A DNA stretch of 64,000 bases from Patescibacteria group bacterium (GCA_016861085.1 BOKR01000001.1:896153-960152), one strand, 5' to 3'. Positions 37,505 through 47,030 are shown, numbered from the stretch's first letter. Numbers and translations are program-made. The notes: generated from the letters alone by a model not told the origin.

Positions 37505-38878
37505 ATGAGAAGCAAAGAACAACAAAGAATAGAACCCCAAGAAATAAAAAGTGCTCTTTTAGTCGCCGACTATACCGTAGTTGGCGGTGGTATCTCTGGG
37601 TATGCAACAGCTATTGAATTGGCAAAGCAATCAAAAAGTGTTGTTCTCATTGAACCACGAAAAAAACCAGATGATAGATCATTGTTTGTTAGAGGAGATG
37701 TTTTAGTTCTAGCTAGGAACTATCCAGCAGATATTGAAACTTCTATCAATTCCTGGCAATATGAAGCAGACGCATCAAAAACCCATATAAAATTTGATTT
37801 GCCCAATCCTGAAAGTGTTGATGAGGGCTATTTTATGGTTGGTCATGACACAATTATTACTGCCTTGAAAACAAATTTTGAGAGTTTGGGTGGAAAAATA
37901 ATTTGTGAAGGAGCAAAAGGTCGAGTAAAAACGGTGCTTGATCTTCCAGATCAAGTCGTTTTAAGACTCACGGACGGAACACTACTAAAAACCGGAAGAA
38001 TCGTTGATGCTACAGGTAAAGATAGTGTCGTTTTAAGAAATACACATGACTCTTCAGAACAGCAGATATTTAACGAAGGTGATCCAATCGTGATGTGGGT
38101 TTTTGGAAAGTGCTATTCTTCAGGCTGGCCTGATTCACTAGAAAGAACAATATTCACTCCAGTTTCGACAAACGCTGGAAGAGTTTCTTGGGCAGCACCA
38201 TACGGAGATGGAAGATTTGATATTGTTGCATCAGATTACTGCAGGCTATCAGATCTTAGAAAACCTTCACATATTAAAACAATGAAGAAAATGTTTGCTA
38301 ATCTCCTTGATATGTGTAAAAAATATGACATTTATCCTCAAGATACTGGAAAAGCTATTTTTGGAGCAGTTCGCGTCATACCTATGAAAAGCAATCAATC
38401 CAATAATGTTTTTGCGGTTGGAGAAGCAGCTGGATACCCTTCTCCGTTCATGGCTGAATCAATAACTCCAGCTCTCATGCATGCTCAACCGACTGCAACT
38501 ATGATGACCTCAAACCAATCGCCAGAACAACATCTTAATTATTGGAAAAAACAAAAACCATTATTTCCATATACACTTGAAACAGCACTTCTACAACGGA
38601 GGTTAACGAATACAGAAGCTGGAAGAAATGCTCCTTTTTATGCCAAAGCAACTGCTCGATTAAATGAAAAAGAACAAAGAATGTTGCTACATAATAGAAG
38701 ACTAGACGCACAAACTTTACTTAGAAGAGCCCCACAGCTACTTCTAGATAAAAGCTTTCTCTTCTGGACAATGAGGACTGGTGTAACGTTTTTAGAACTA
38801 CTTGCAAATGGTGGGCAACTTTCAGAATCACAAAAAGAAAAACAGCTATTTCCAGGAATCAACTACGAAATTGAATGA
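37505..38878 (+). CDS. FAD-dependent oxidoreductase (geranylgeranyl-reductase/halogenase-like fold)
   Basis: N-terminal dinucleotide-binding motif VVGGGISGYATAIELAK…VVLIE and a GD-x6-P-like segment (VGEAAGYPSPF). Confidence 0.6.
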   Translation: MRSKEQQRIEPQEIKSALLVADYTVVGGGISGYATAIELAKQSKSVVLIEPRKKPDDRSLFVRGDVLVLARNYPADIETSINSWQYEADASKTHIKFDLPNPESVDEGYFMVGHDTIITALKTNFESLGGKIICEGAKGRVKTVLDLPDQVVLRLTDGTLLKTGRIVDATGKDSVVLRNTHDSSEQQIFNEGDPIVMWVFGKCYSSGWPDSLERTIFTPVSTNAGRVSWAAPYGDGRFDIVASDYCRLSDLRKPSHIKTMKKMFANLLDMCKKYDIYPQDTGKAIFGAVRVIPMKSNQSNNVFAVGEAAGYPSPFMAESITPALMHAQPTATMMTSNQSPEQHLNYWKKQKPLFPYTLETALLQRRLTNTEAGRNAPFYAKATARLNEKEQRMLLHNRRLDAQTLLRRAPQLLLDKSFLFWTMRTGVTFLELLANGGQLSESQKEKQLFPGINYEIE

Positions 38879-39319
38879 TCATCTAATACTTCTTAACCTA
38901 CGACTACCGCGTTTTAAAAGGTTACGTTTACTTCCTTCTTCTAAAATAACTATGATTTCTTTTGTCAAAAGAGAAAGAACTTTCGTTGCATACGGAAGCG
39001 ATGTAATCCCGTCTAGGTGGTCAGTTACTAACTTGTCCAAGCGAAACTGGAGTATTTTTATGAGCCTGTTGTATTGAGAACCCAATTCTGCAATATCATG
39101 AATCTTTTTCTGAGCAACACCAACCCCAACCACAAAAATAACTTTTCTTTCTTCAGGGGGTATTGATTCAAACGCACCAAATTCAAAATCTCTGCAAAGC
39201 GAAGCATATTCTATCAGCCTCTCTTGCGGTAAAGATGCAAGATCTACCCCAAGCCGTTCTGAAAGTGTTTGAGGCACTTGACTTTGAAACCTGCGTTCTA
39301 CTTGTATTAAGGTTTTCAT
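38879..39319 (-). CDS. Hypothetical protein downstream of infB
   Basis: 146 aa at the position where rbfA normally sits, but there is no recognisable RbfA motif. Confidence 0.35.
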   Translation of the reverse strand: MKTLIQVERRFQSQVPQTLSERLGVDLASLPQERLIEYASLCRDFEFGAFESIPPEERKVIFVVGVGVAQKKIHDIAELGSQYNRLIKILQFRLDKLVTDHLDGITSLPYATKVLSLLTKEIIVILEEGSKRNLLKRGSRRLRSIR

Positions 39320-39341
39320 AAGTAAATTCCTTATATACTAC

Positions 39342-40817
39342 CTACTCCTCGTCTTCATCCTCAACTTTGTATGCAACCAAAACGTCACCAACCCTAAAAT
39401 CGAGTTTTTTGTTTTTGAAAGTCATCCCAAATTCGTTCTTAGCTTTGACCTCAGTAATTTCTTCCTTGCCATGCATCAAACGCTTTGGAGTTGGATCCAT
39501 AACGATTTCTTCATCTCGTTTTAGATGAAATCTATCATTCTTCTTGATTTCCCCTGTTTTGACTCTACAACCAGCAATCTTTTCGCCATTCATCTCGAAA
39601 ATCTGCATAATTTCGGCCTCACCAAGTACAACTTCATCAATGGTTGGTTCCATGAGCCTAAGCATCTGTTTTTGCAAATCTTCAATTAATTTATAGATGA
39701 CATCATACGATTTGATTTTAATACCAGCATCTTTTGCTAAACGTTTAATTTTTCCTGGAACCTTGTTGTGAAATGAAATAATAAATGCACCACTTGAGGT
39801 GGCCATATCAACATCTTGTTCAGTCACTTCACCTACACCAGAGGAAATGAGGTTTGTGCTTTCATCATCAATAACTTGCAAAATTGCTTCTAGAGTTCCT
39901 TCAACGTCAGCCTTGATAATGATATTAAGTTTTGGTTTGTCTACATCACCAACTAACTGTGAAAAATCAATATCACCCCATGGATTTGTTGGAGCTTCTT
40001 CTTCAACCAGAGCTTCAACTTCTGGATATTTTGCAGCCGCATCATACACTTTAGAGCCAACAGCTGGAACATCTTTAAAACCGATAATTTCAGCTGCGAA
40101 CCCTGGTTTGACTGCTTGCAAACTTTCTCCAGTTGCTGAAGTTAATAATTTTACTCTTCCTTCAGTTGTGTCAGTATAAATATCTTGTCTTGGAGCGAGT
40201 GTGCCTTGCTTGACAATAACGGTTGCCACAATGCCACGCTTACTCTCTTTTGAAGATTCTATTACCACCGCTTCAAGAGGCGCCTGAGGGTCTGCTTTGA
40301 GTTCTAGTAACTCAGCCATAACTGCAATTGTCTCCAAAAGTTTGTCAACATTTTTCCCAGTTTTAGCCGAGATTTCGACTGCCTCAATATCTCCACCATA
40401 ATCTGTAACAACAAGTCCATGCTCTGCAAGACCTGACTTGGCGATATCAAGATTTACATCTGCCAAATCAATTTTATTGATTGCAATAACAACAGGGACG
40501 TTTGCAATCTTAATGTGACGAATTGACTCAATCGTCTGAGGTTTCACACCATCATTGGCAGCAACAACTAAAATAACGATATCTGTAATCTTAGAGCCAC
40601 GTTCTCGCATCTTGTTAAATGCAGCGTGACCTGGAGTATCAATAAATGTAATATCTTTTCCGTTGTGCTGAATACTGTATGCACCAATATGCTGTGTAAT
40701 ACCGCCAGCTTCACGGGCAGTTACATTGGTATGGCGAATGTAATCCAATAGGGTCGTTTTACCGTGGTCAACATGGCCCATAATCGTAATAATTGGTGGT
40801 CGAGTTTGTAGTGCCAT
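39342..40817 (-). CDS. infB: Translation initiation factor IF-2 (short form lacking the N-terminal extension)
   Basis: G-domain GHVDHGKTTLLD, DTPGH and NKID, plus the C-terminal beta-barrel domains. Only 491 aa. Confidence 0.9.
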   Translation of the reverse strand: MALQTRPPIITIMGHVDHGKTTLLDYIRHTNVTAREAGGITQHIGAYSIQHNGKDITFIDTPGHAAFNKMRERGSKITDIVILVVAANDGVKPQTIESIRHIKIANVPVVIAINKIDLADVNLDIAKSGLAEHGLVVTDYGGDIEAVEISAKTGKNVDKLLETIAVMAELLELKADPQAPLEAVVIESSKESKRGIVATVIVKQGTLAPRQDIYTDTTEGRVKLLTSATGESLQAVKPGFAAEIIGFKDVPAVGSKVYDAAAKYPEVEALVEEEAPTNPWGDIDFSQLVGDVDKPKLNIIIKADVEGTLEAILQVIDDESTNLISSGVGEVTEQDVDMATSSGAFIISFHNKVPGKIKRLAKDAGIKIKSYDVIYKLIEDLQKQMLRLMEPTIDEVVLGEAEIMQIFEMNGEKIAGCRVKTGEIKKNDRFHLKRDEEIVMDPTPKRLMHGKEEITEVKAKNEFGMTFKNKKLDFRVGDVLVAYKVEDEDEE

Positions 40818-40853
40818 ATATATTCCTTATCTGTTATTGTACGTCTTTCGAAT

Positions 40854-42122
40854 TTACTCTTTTAAGAGATTCATAGTGCTGTCTCTTTGTGCCATCTCTG
40901 CTTCAAAAGCATCAACTCTTTCTGAGAGCAATTTTTCCTGGTCTTCACCAAGCTCTGCTTCCATCCATTTGTTCTTGAATCGAGATAAATCACCAAGAGT
41001 GGTAAGTTTGTTTTCAACCAAATATGCTCTAGCGTCTTGTGATAATCCTTTGAAAGTATCAATCTCGTACTCTTCTTCACCAGTAACTTTGGATTTAACT
41101 TCACCCGATGCTGATTTGATTGTGATCTTGTATCCAGTTAGTTTGGCAGCTAAGCGAACATTTTGTCCGCCACGACCGATTGCTAATGAAAGTTGATCAT
41201 CTGGAGCAGTAACTTCAACAAGCTTTTCTGCTTCTTTAACATCAATTTTTAAACCCTCAGCTGGAGCAAGTGCACCTTGAATTAAAAGTTTGTTGTTGTC
41301 TGAAAATGGAATAATATCCAATTTTTCATTATTTAACTCTCTAATAACTTCTTGTACACGAACACCACGTTGTCCAACACAAGAGCCAACCGGGTCAACA
41401 CCATCTTGGGTAGATCGAACGGCTAATTTAGTTCTCACACCAGCTTCACGGGCAATCAATGCGATTTCAACTGTGCCTGCTGCAATTTCTGGAACTTCGC
41501 GTTCAAACAGCTTTGCAACCAATTGTTTGTCTGCTCTGGAAACAATAATTCGTTTGCCTTTGTGAGAATCACGAATTTCTTTAATTAGAACAGTAATACG
41601 GTTGTTCATTCTATAGAATTCACCACGCATTTGTTCTTCTGGTGGCATGTATCCTTGGCCTCTGCCAATATCTAAAATAACAGCTCTGCCATCCATTCTT
41701 AAAATTTGAGCATTCACCACTTCGCCAACTCTAGCTTCAAAATCTGCAATCACTTTGTCTTTTTCTGATTCTCTGATTTTTTGCAAAATAACCTGTTTTG
41801 CAGTTTGAGCAGCAATACGACCAAACCCAGCTGGTGTTACGTCTTGAGCCTTCTTTTCATCCCATTTGGTGATTTCACCAGTTTCTTCGTCTTTTTCAAT
41901 GATTGGGCATTTGAAAATTCTTGACTCACCAGTATCTTCGTCTAATTCGACAAAATAATATGACTCTTCTTCAAGATGTCCAAATTGCTTTCTGTACGCA
42001 GAAACTAAAGCCTGCTTGATTGCAGAGTAGATTGATGCTGGATCAATTTGTCTTTCATTAGCAATTTGATTAATTGCTGCAGCAAATTCAGTACGAACAA
42101 CATTTGAGCTTTGAGCTGACAT
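40854..42122 (-). CDS. nusA: Transcription termination/antitermination factor NusA
   Basis: N-terminal NusA domain, S1 and two KH regions (GRGGQNVRLAAKLTG), in the usual position upstream of infB. Confidence 0.9.
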   Translation of the reverse strand: MSAQSSNVVRTEFAAAINQIANERQIDPASIYSAIKQALVSAYRKQFGHLEEESYYFVELDEDTGESRIFKCPIIEKDEETGEITKWDEKKAQDVTPAGFGRIAAQTAKQVILQKIRESEKDKVIADFEARVGEVVNAQILRMDGRAVILDIGRGQGYMPPEEQMRGEFYRMNNRITVLIKEIRDSHKGKRIIVSRADKQLVAKLFEREVPEIAAGTVEIALIAREAGVRTKLAVRSTQDGVDPVGSCVGQRGVRVQEVIRELNNEKLDIIPFSDNNKLLIQGALAPAEGLKIDVKEAEKLVEVTAPDDQLSLAIGRGGQNVRLAAKLTGYKITIKSASGEVKSKVTGEEEYEIDTFKGLSQDARAYLVENKLTTLGDLSRFKNKWMEAELGEDQEKLLSERVDAFEAEMAQRDSTMNLLKE

Positions 42123-42262
42123 ATGTATTTCCCTTTATTTTTTGTTTCTTATAGTACTAATATTAATTAAACGTCAAGTTAAAAAAAAGAACCCGTTTTG
42201 CTTGAGTCCTTCCCGTTCAATCGATATAGGTGCATTATAACATACCTTTTGACTGAATTCAA

Positions 42263-42916
42263 TTAAATGCGCTTTTTTGCCAAGACACAATAATAGTCTC
42301 TTGAATCTTTCCAAAACTTTATTTTTATGAAGTTTGCTAAGTCAGAAAACAACAACTTTTTATTATAAATAAAATGTATAAGTCCTGTTTCGTCACCAAT
42401 CGTTGGTACATATGTATTTTCGGCAATCTTATCTGCTGTTTTGACTAAACAATATCTTACTTTTCCTTTAGAATATCTGCCACAAACTGTAATAAACAAA
42501 AAACCACCAGGTTTGAGAATCCTGTGAATCTCTGCAAGTGTCTTTTGAATTTGTTCTCTTTTATTATGTTGCAACACCTGGATACTAATAATCGCATCGA
42601 ATGAATTTTCAGCATATGGTAAAGACTTATAAATATCTCCAAGTGTCACTGTTAATTTAACCTTTTCTTTTTTTGCTTGATCTTTTGCAACCAATAAACC
42701 TTCTTCAGCGTTATCCATACCCCAAACTGAGAATCCCTCCTTAGCCAAAAAAAGTGCATTTCTGCCTGCGCCACATCCTAAATCGAGAATGTTTTTAGCT
42801 CCGTTCTCCTTGAAAAAGGTACTTAACCATGCCATATCTTCGTGAGGCTCAAGTATATCGTAGTAACTATATTTTTTTATTTTATTTTTATAAATCTTAT
42901 TCCATGCTGTGTTCAT
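42263..42916 (-). CDS. Class I SAM-dependent methyltransferase
   Basis: Motif I ILDLGCGAGRNALFLAKEG and motif II/post-I (VWGMDNAE…). Confidence 0.8.
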   Translation of the reverse strand: MNTAWNKIYKNKIKKYSYYDILEPHEDMAWLSTFFKENGAKNILDLGCGAGRNALFLAKEGFSVWGMDNAEEGLLVAKDQAKKEKVKLTVTLGDIYKSLPYAENSFDAIISIQVLQHNKREQIQKTLAEIHRILKPGGFLFITVCGRYSKGKVRYCLVKTADKIAENTYVPTIGDETGLIHFIYNKKLLFSDLANFIKIKFWKDSRDYYCVLAKKRI

Positions 42917-42950
42917 ATGTATATTATACGCCCCTTTTCCTGTCTTAAAC

Positions 42951-42990
42951 CAAAAAAAGCCGCAGGTTCATGAGTTCATGACCTGCGGCT
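42951..42990 (-). terminator. Strong rho-independent terminator closing the GC-rich operon
   Basis: A perfect 10-bp stem agccgcaggt/acctgcggct with a palindromic loop tcatgagttcatga. The A7 run on + is a U7 run after the stem on the minus transcript. Confidence 0.7.
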
Positions 42991-43024
42991 TACCACAGTA
43001 ACATCATTGGTCTTCGAAACTTCG

Positions 43025-44182
43025 CTATTGCATCTGAGTACGGAACTCACGAGCATTTTGAGCCATGCTTAATGGCCGAGCAAAATTTCGATCACCTCCT
43101 AACTGAATATTCACATGAATTAGGCTGAGTTTTCTTTCAGCTAACGCATGCGTAACTGCCCAACTTAACTTCTGAGCAGAATTGACTTGATAAACGGACT
43201 GGTAACCCATCAAAGCCGCGGTTTGAACGAAATGGGCCGACTGAGAAATTGAAGGCTCTTCAGAACAAGAGCCGTACGCACCGTTGTCAATGACGACATG
43301 CACCAGGTTGTTTGGACCATGGTGCCCGATGCTAACCAAGTTGCCGAAGTTTGTCAGGCAACTTGAATCGCCTTCAACTACTATGATCTGCTTTTCAGGC
43401 CGGGACACCGCAAAGCCCATTCCAATTGCGCTGGTAAGGCCGAAGCCGCCAGCATTGTAGAACTGATTTTGCGAATGGTGTCGGGCAAACAGCGAGCGAC
43501 TGATCAAACCCGTTGAAGAAATTAAGCCAACTTGCGCGGGTACTACTTGCCAGACGGCGCTCAAAGCTTCTTCTCGTAACAGCGTAGCATCGGGTTGGCG
43601 AAGGTCAACGATTTGGCCTGGAGCTTTGGTTTCGACTGAAGCAGACGTTGACACCTCTCCAGCAATTCCTTTGCTTTGTGTCCAGCCACGCTTTACCAAG
43701 ATCACTCCCGGTTTCTGCGTTGCTGACATTCCAGTTAGGCACTCACCGTACAAAGTTTCAGCATTGCTTTCAGCCAACACGCCATGCCACATACCGTACG
43801 CATTCAGCAACGGGATTGTTGCCGCACCTGTTGCGAAATGCTGAGGAGCTGTTTCGCCTTCAGCCCCGCGGTAGGTCACCAAAAACGGGATATCCATACC
43901 GCATGGAATGAGTAACGAGCCAATGTCATTGGATGCTACTAACATCCCGCTATTTTGCATGTAGACCAACGGTTTCTTTCCCGCCAGCCACATGCCTGCC
44001 GCGATACCAACTGCTTCCCGCTCATTAAGGCCAGGAGTGTGTAAAGGCATTTGCGACAATTGGTGGATAAAATGGCGTAACACCCCGCAGGGGACGCCTG
44101 TTGAGCAATCAATTCGGGATGCCCAACTTTGGATGAACCATTTGACTGGCCCATCTTGGACAATTTTGGTAAGGTCGTTCAT
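43025..44182 (-). CDS. ThDP-dependent decarboxylase of the phosphonopyruvate/sulfopyruvate decarboxylase (Ppd/ComDE) family, fused alpha+beta
   Basis: Pyr-domain block EREAVGIAAGMWLAGKKPLVYMQNSGMLVASN and PP-domain block VVEGDSSCLTNFGNLVSIG…VIDNGAYGS (GDG-x24-NN-like ThDP motif). GC is ~50%, against ~39% in the flanks. Confidence 0.7.
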   Translation of the reverse strand: MNDLTKIVQDGPVKWFIQSWASRIDCSTGVPCGVLRHFIHQLSQMPLHTPGLNEREAVGIAAGMWLAGKKPLVYMQNSGMLVASNDIGSLLIPCGMDIPFLVTYRGAEGETAPQHFATGAATIPLLNAYGMWHGVLAESNAETLYGECLTGMSATQKPGVILVKRGWTQSKGIAGEVSTSASVETKAPGQIVDLRQPDATLLREEALSAVWQVVPAQVGLISSTGLISRSLFARHHSQNQFYNAGGFGLTSAIGMGFAVSRPEKQIIVVEGDSSCLTNFGNLVSIGHHGPNNLVHVVIDNGAYGSCSEEPSISQSAHFVQTAALMGYQSVYQVNSAQKLSWAVTHALAERKLSLIHVNIQLGGDRNFARPLSMAQNAREFRTQMQ

Positions 44183-44191
44183 GGTTCACCT

Positions 44192-45259
44192 TTAGATTGG
44201 GTTATTGATCTTCACTCCAGCGTACTCACTGTACCAGGGGCTACGATAGTTGTCATAACCCAACGGCCGCAGTGTGGGACTGAAAATGCCTTCGACAATT
44301 TGACGCGCTTGCAGGTAATAATCCAGTGAATGCGCGTCTTGATGACGCAGTGCCACTTGATGTGGCTGATATACCTGCATGAGGTTAATCAGCGGATGCC
44401 GCGTTAAAACAGGCAGAAATTCACGAAAATGGGTGTCAATCGCAGGCAACCCATCAAGACCCAGGATATAGAGCATCGAGGTATTGAGCCCCTTTGCTTT
44501 CGCATGTCCCAGGATATCAATGTGTTGTTGCAACGAAACGCCTGACTTCCGACGCTTCATCAGCATTTCCCGGCGCTCGAAGCACTCAACGGTCTGGTAT
44601 AAGCTGAATTTGCCAGCTTCGGCTAATTGGTCCACAGCTTCAGTTGTTCTGATCTGTGAGCCAATGTACCGAATTTCTCCGGCAAAACCGAACTCGCCAA
44701 AAACCTTTTGCACCATGAGCAGATGTTGCAAACAGAGTTCATCTGTCCGAAAGCAACCGGTAACAACACCTATGCTTTCCATCTCGATATAGCTCTTGAC
44801 TAACCCTTCACGCAAAAACCCTTCTGCCGCCTTGCGAAGGTTCTCTTCCAAAAGAAGATTACTGAATTCTTCTGGAATTAACGAAAACGTTCCACAAAAC
44901 TTGCAACCGCGGCAACTGCTTCTGCTGTTAGAGTTGAGCGTCATTGCCCGGCCACTGTTTCTGATGTAAGTCTCAGAACAGGTATCCGGATGAATCGGAC
45001 TCGCACTTCCAATCAACTCGCCGCTCAGCCACACTTGTTCACCGTCATGGTGGAAAGGTGACTCTGGGTCAATTGTCAACGCAAAGAAAAAAGGCCAGTT
45101 GTGAATCGCGGGCACCAACCGAAACCGCCCACGACTCGTAATTGAGGTGTCAAACCCAGATGTTCCCATCAGGTTCAGACCCATCATTAAAACATCTACC
45201 AATGGCACATTGTGCCGACGAGCGTACACTTCAGCTTCTTGGATTGTTTGGAAAAACAT
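44192..45259 (-). CDS. Cys-motif protein, putative non-canonical radical-SAM/Fe-S enzyme (CX2CX2C)
   Basis: SSCRGCKFCGTF (confirmed in the DNA: tgc cgc ggt tgc aag ttt tgt). A downstream ILGLDGLPAID segment resembles the radical-SAM G(I/L)xxGxPGE element and additional Cys are present (GCFRTDELC). GC-rich like its neighbours. Confidence 0.4.
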   Translation of the reverse strand: MFFQTIQEAEVYARRHNVPLVDVLMMGLNLMGTSGFDTSITSRGRFRLVPAIHNWPFFFALTIDPESPFHHDGEQVWLSGELIGSASPIHPDTCSETYIRNSGRAMTLNSNSRSSCRGCKFCGTFSLIPEEFSNLLLEENLRKAAEGFLREGLVKSYIEMESIGVVTGCFRTDELCLQHLLMVQKVFGEFGFAGEIRYIGSQIRTTEAVDQLAEAGKFSLYQTVECFERREMLMKRRKSGVSLQQHIDILGHAKAKGLNTSMLYILGLDGLPAIDTHFREFLPVLTRHPLINLMQVYQPHQVALRHQDAHSLDYYLQARQIVEGIFSPTLRPLGYDNYRSPWYSEYAGVKINNPI

Positions 45260-45273
45260 GTTGCACCTTTGCT

Positions 45274-45843
45274 CTACTGAGCCAGAATAATTTTGCCTTC
45301 TAGCAATAGGATTTCAAGCGCTTCCTCGAGGACACGCTTATACGATTTTTCGTGGTCAAAGCCAAACTCGAGAGCTTGACTCAGATATTGCTGCAACCGT
45401 GGTTGAGTAACGACTCTTCCACAGTTACAATCCAATAAGATTTGGGCAATCAGAACTGTTTTACCAGTCCTGTTTGCTCCAGCACTGCAATGTATGTAAG
45501 TCGGGCCTTCGAGGCCAATTACCGTCTGGGCAGCAACAATGAATGAAGAAGCACTTTGCACTTCTAAGTCATAATGACGCATTCCTGCAGGTAACTGACT
45601 TCTAAGAAGTGCCAACTTCCTCGGCTCTTCCCCATACTTTGAATGTAGAGTCACTACGGTTTTCAAACCGAGTTTATTCCCCATTCTATTCAGTTGTTCT
45701 GCATTTGGCCAGGAGCCTCGATATAGAGTATCATTTACCATCCCAAAATTTCTGGGGAATTGGCCGCTAGAATCAGATCTCTGGCCGCTTGGTTCTAATA
45801 CTTGGATTGAGACTCCACCGATAAGAAACTCTACTGTTTTCAT
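45274..45843 (-). CDS. Protein-tyrosine/dual-specificity phosphatase-like protein (CX5R)
   Basis: P-loop IHCSAGANRTGK (HCxxGxxR[ST]) preceded by an aspartate-containing loop, at 189 aa. Confidence 0.65.
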   Translation of the reverse strand: MKTVEFLIGGVSIQVLEPSGQRSDSSGQFPRNFGMVNDTLYRGSWPNAEQLNRMGNKLGLKTVVTLHSKYGEEPRKLALLRSQLPAGMRHYDLEVQSASSFIVAAQTVIGLEGPTYIHCSAGANRTGKTVLIAQILLDCNCGRVVTQPRLQQYLSQALEFGFDHEKSYKRVLEEALEILLLEGKIILAQ

Positions 45844-45998
45844 AGTTTTACCTCTGTCTCCTCTGGAGGAGGAAAAGTTTCTTCAACAACACCATCCTCG
45901 AAGACTATTATTTTGTCTTCTTCTGGACCAGGTATTGTGTAAGAAATAAGTAGAGAAATCAACAAAAAAACAATCATTAAGGGGTCATTAAGGTTCAT
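45840..45998 (-). CDS. Small hydrophobic peptide (52 aa) translationally coupled to the phosphatase gene
   Basis: MNLNDPLMIVFLLISLLISYTIPGPEEDKIIVFEDGVVEETFPPPEETEVKL. One TM helix and an acidic tail. Its stop overlaps the next start in an ATGA arrangement. It is below the ORF-track size cutoff. Confidence 0.3.
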   Translation of the reverse strand: MNLNDPLMIVFLLISLLISYTIPGPEEDKIIVFEDGVVEETFPPPEETEVKL

Positions 45999-46123
45999 AG
46001 TTCTCACCTTCAACTAAGTTTTCAATTAGGATGTTAAAGAGCAATACATACTTAATATGTATTACCAACCTATAATTATATAACTAAGTACCTTAATTGC
46101 AAGTGAACAGTCTGGAAAATCAG

Positions 46124-46636
46124 TTAAACAGTTTTACTTCTAAGTTGAAACGCAGCTAATGAAAAAATCGTTTTTCTAATCCAAGTGAAATTACTCAAAA
46201 GAATATAGGTATATCCAAAAAACAAATCCCCTATTAAAGTTCTTGAGTAAAAAGGGATCGCTACCGTATAGCAGAGCAACAAATCAGCAATAGTATGGCC
46301 ATACCAGTACCACCACACACCTAAGTTAGAAATCAAAAAAAATAAAAATGAAGCAAATGGAAGAAAAACCAATTGTCGTTTCAAACTATTCTTTGATAGT
46401 TTTCCTAAAACTGCATAACACGCAAATCCGATATACGTTAACCAAAATCCTGGATACATACCCTTAACTAACACATCAAAAGCAACAATGGATACGGCAA
46501 ATAACAATGAATTGCCAAAAAAACCATAACTACCAAGTGGACTTATATTTGCCGGCAGAACATTCAAACGGGATACAAACACCAAAACAGCCGTGGGGAT
46601 TTGTCTTAAAATGTTAGTTCGCTGAAATTGCTTCAT
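46124..46636 (-). CDS. Small polytopic membrane protein, possible ECF-type S-component/vitamin transporter
   Basis: ~170 aa with 5-6 TM helices and a Trp/Tyr-rich segment (VWWYWYGH). Encoded immediately downstream of a DUF4430 gene. Confidence 0.3.
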   Translation of the reverse strand: MKQFQRTNILRQIPTAVLVFVSRLNVLPANISPLGSYGFFGNSLLFAVSIVAFDVLVKGMYPGFWLTYIGFACYAVLGKLSKNSLKRQLVFLPFASFLFFLISNLGVWWYWYGHTIADLLLCYTVAIPFYSRTLIGDLFFGYTYILLSNFTWIRKTIFSLAAFQLRSKTV

Positions 46637-47009
46637 ATACAAATTTGATCGTATCACCTTTTTCTAATATTGTTTGACTTACGCCTTGTTCTGCATATTC
46701 ACCATTTAGGTAAAATGCCCAATAATTCTGACTATTCCCAGCTAATCCATTAATGCTTGTTACAAATTTTCCAGCATCACCAAAGTCTTGTGTTTCAATT
46801 GTTGCGTTTGCTTCAATCAACTCTAAGGCTATCTGCCCACTTTGGGTGGCACTAAACTCAAATTCAGTTTGTTGAGCAACTGCAGAATCAATGTCTTCAT
46901 TTACAGATATTCGCGTTTGTGCTGGTCTATTTGAAACTAAAATAAAAGCTGTAAATAACAGCAGAGCACTGATTGCTACCGTTGTTACCAGTAAAAATTT
47001 ACTTTTCAT
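46614..47009 (-). CDS. DUF4430-domain secreted protein
   Basis: Signal/TM anchor followed by GKFVTSINGLAGNSQNYWAFYLNGEY, which is the DUF4430 hallmark. Confidence 0.5.
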   Translation of the reverse strand: MKSKFLLVTTVAISALLLFTAFILVSNRPAQTRISVNEDIDSAVAQQTEFEFSATQSGQIALELIEANATIETQDFGDAGKFVTSINGLAGNSQNYWAFYLNGEYAEQGVSQTILEKGDTIKFVYEAISAN

Positions 47010-47030
47010 ATTGTTCCCTACAACTTTTCT

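Noticed and set aside
43626-44329. Several + strand ORFs (43626-43844, 43648-43911, 43992-44195, 44129-44329) in the GC-rich island
   Set aside because: They are antisense to the Ppd-like and Cys-motif genes and are an artefact of elevated GC.
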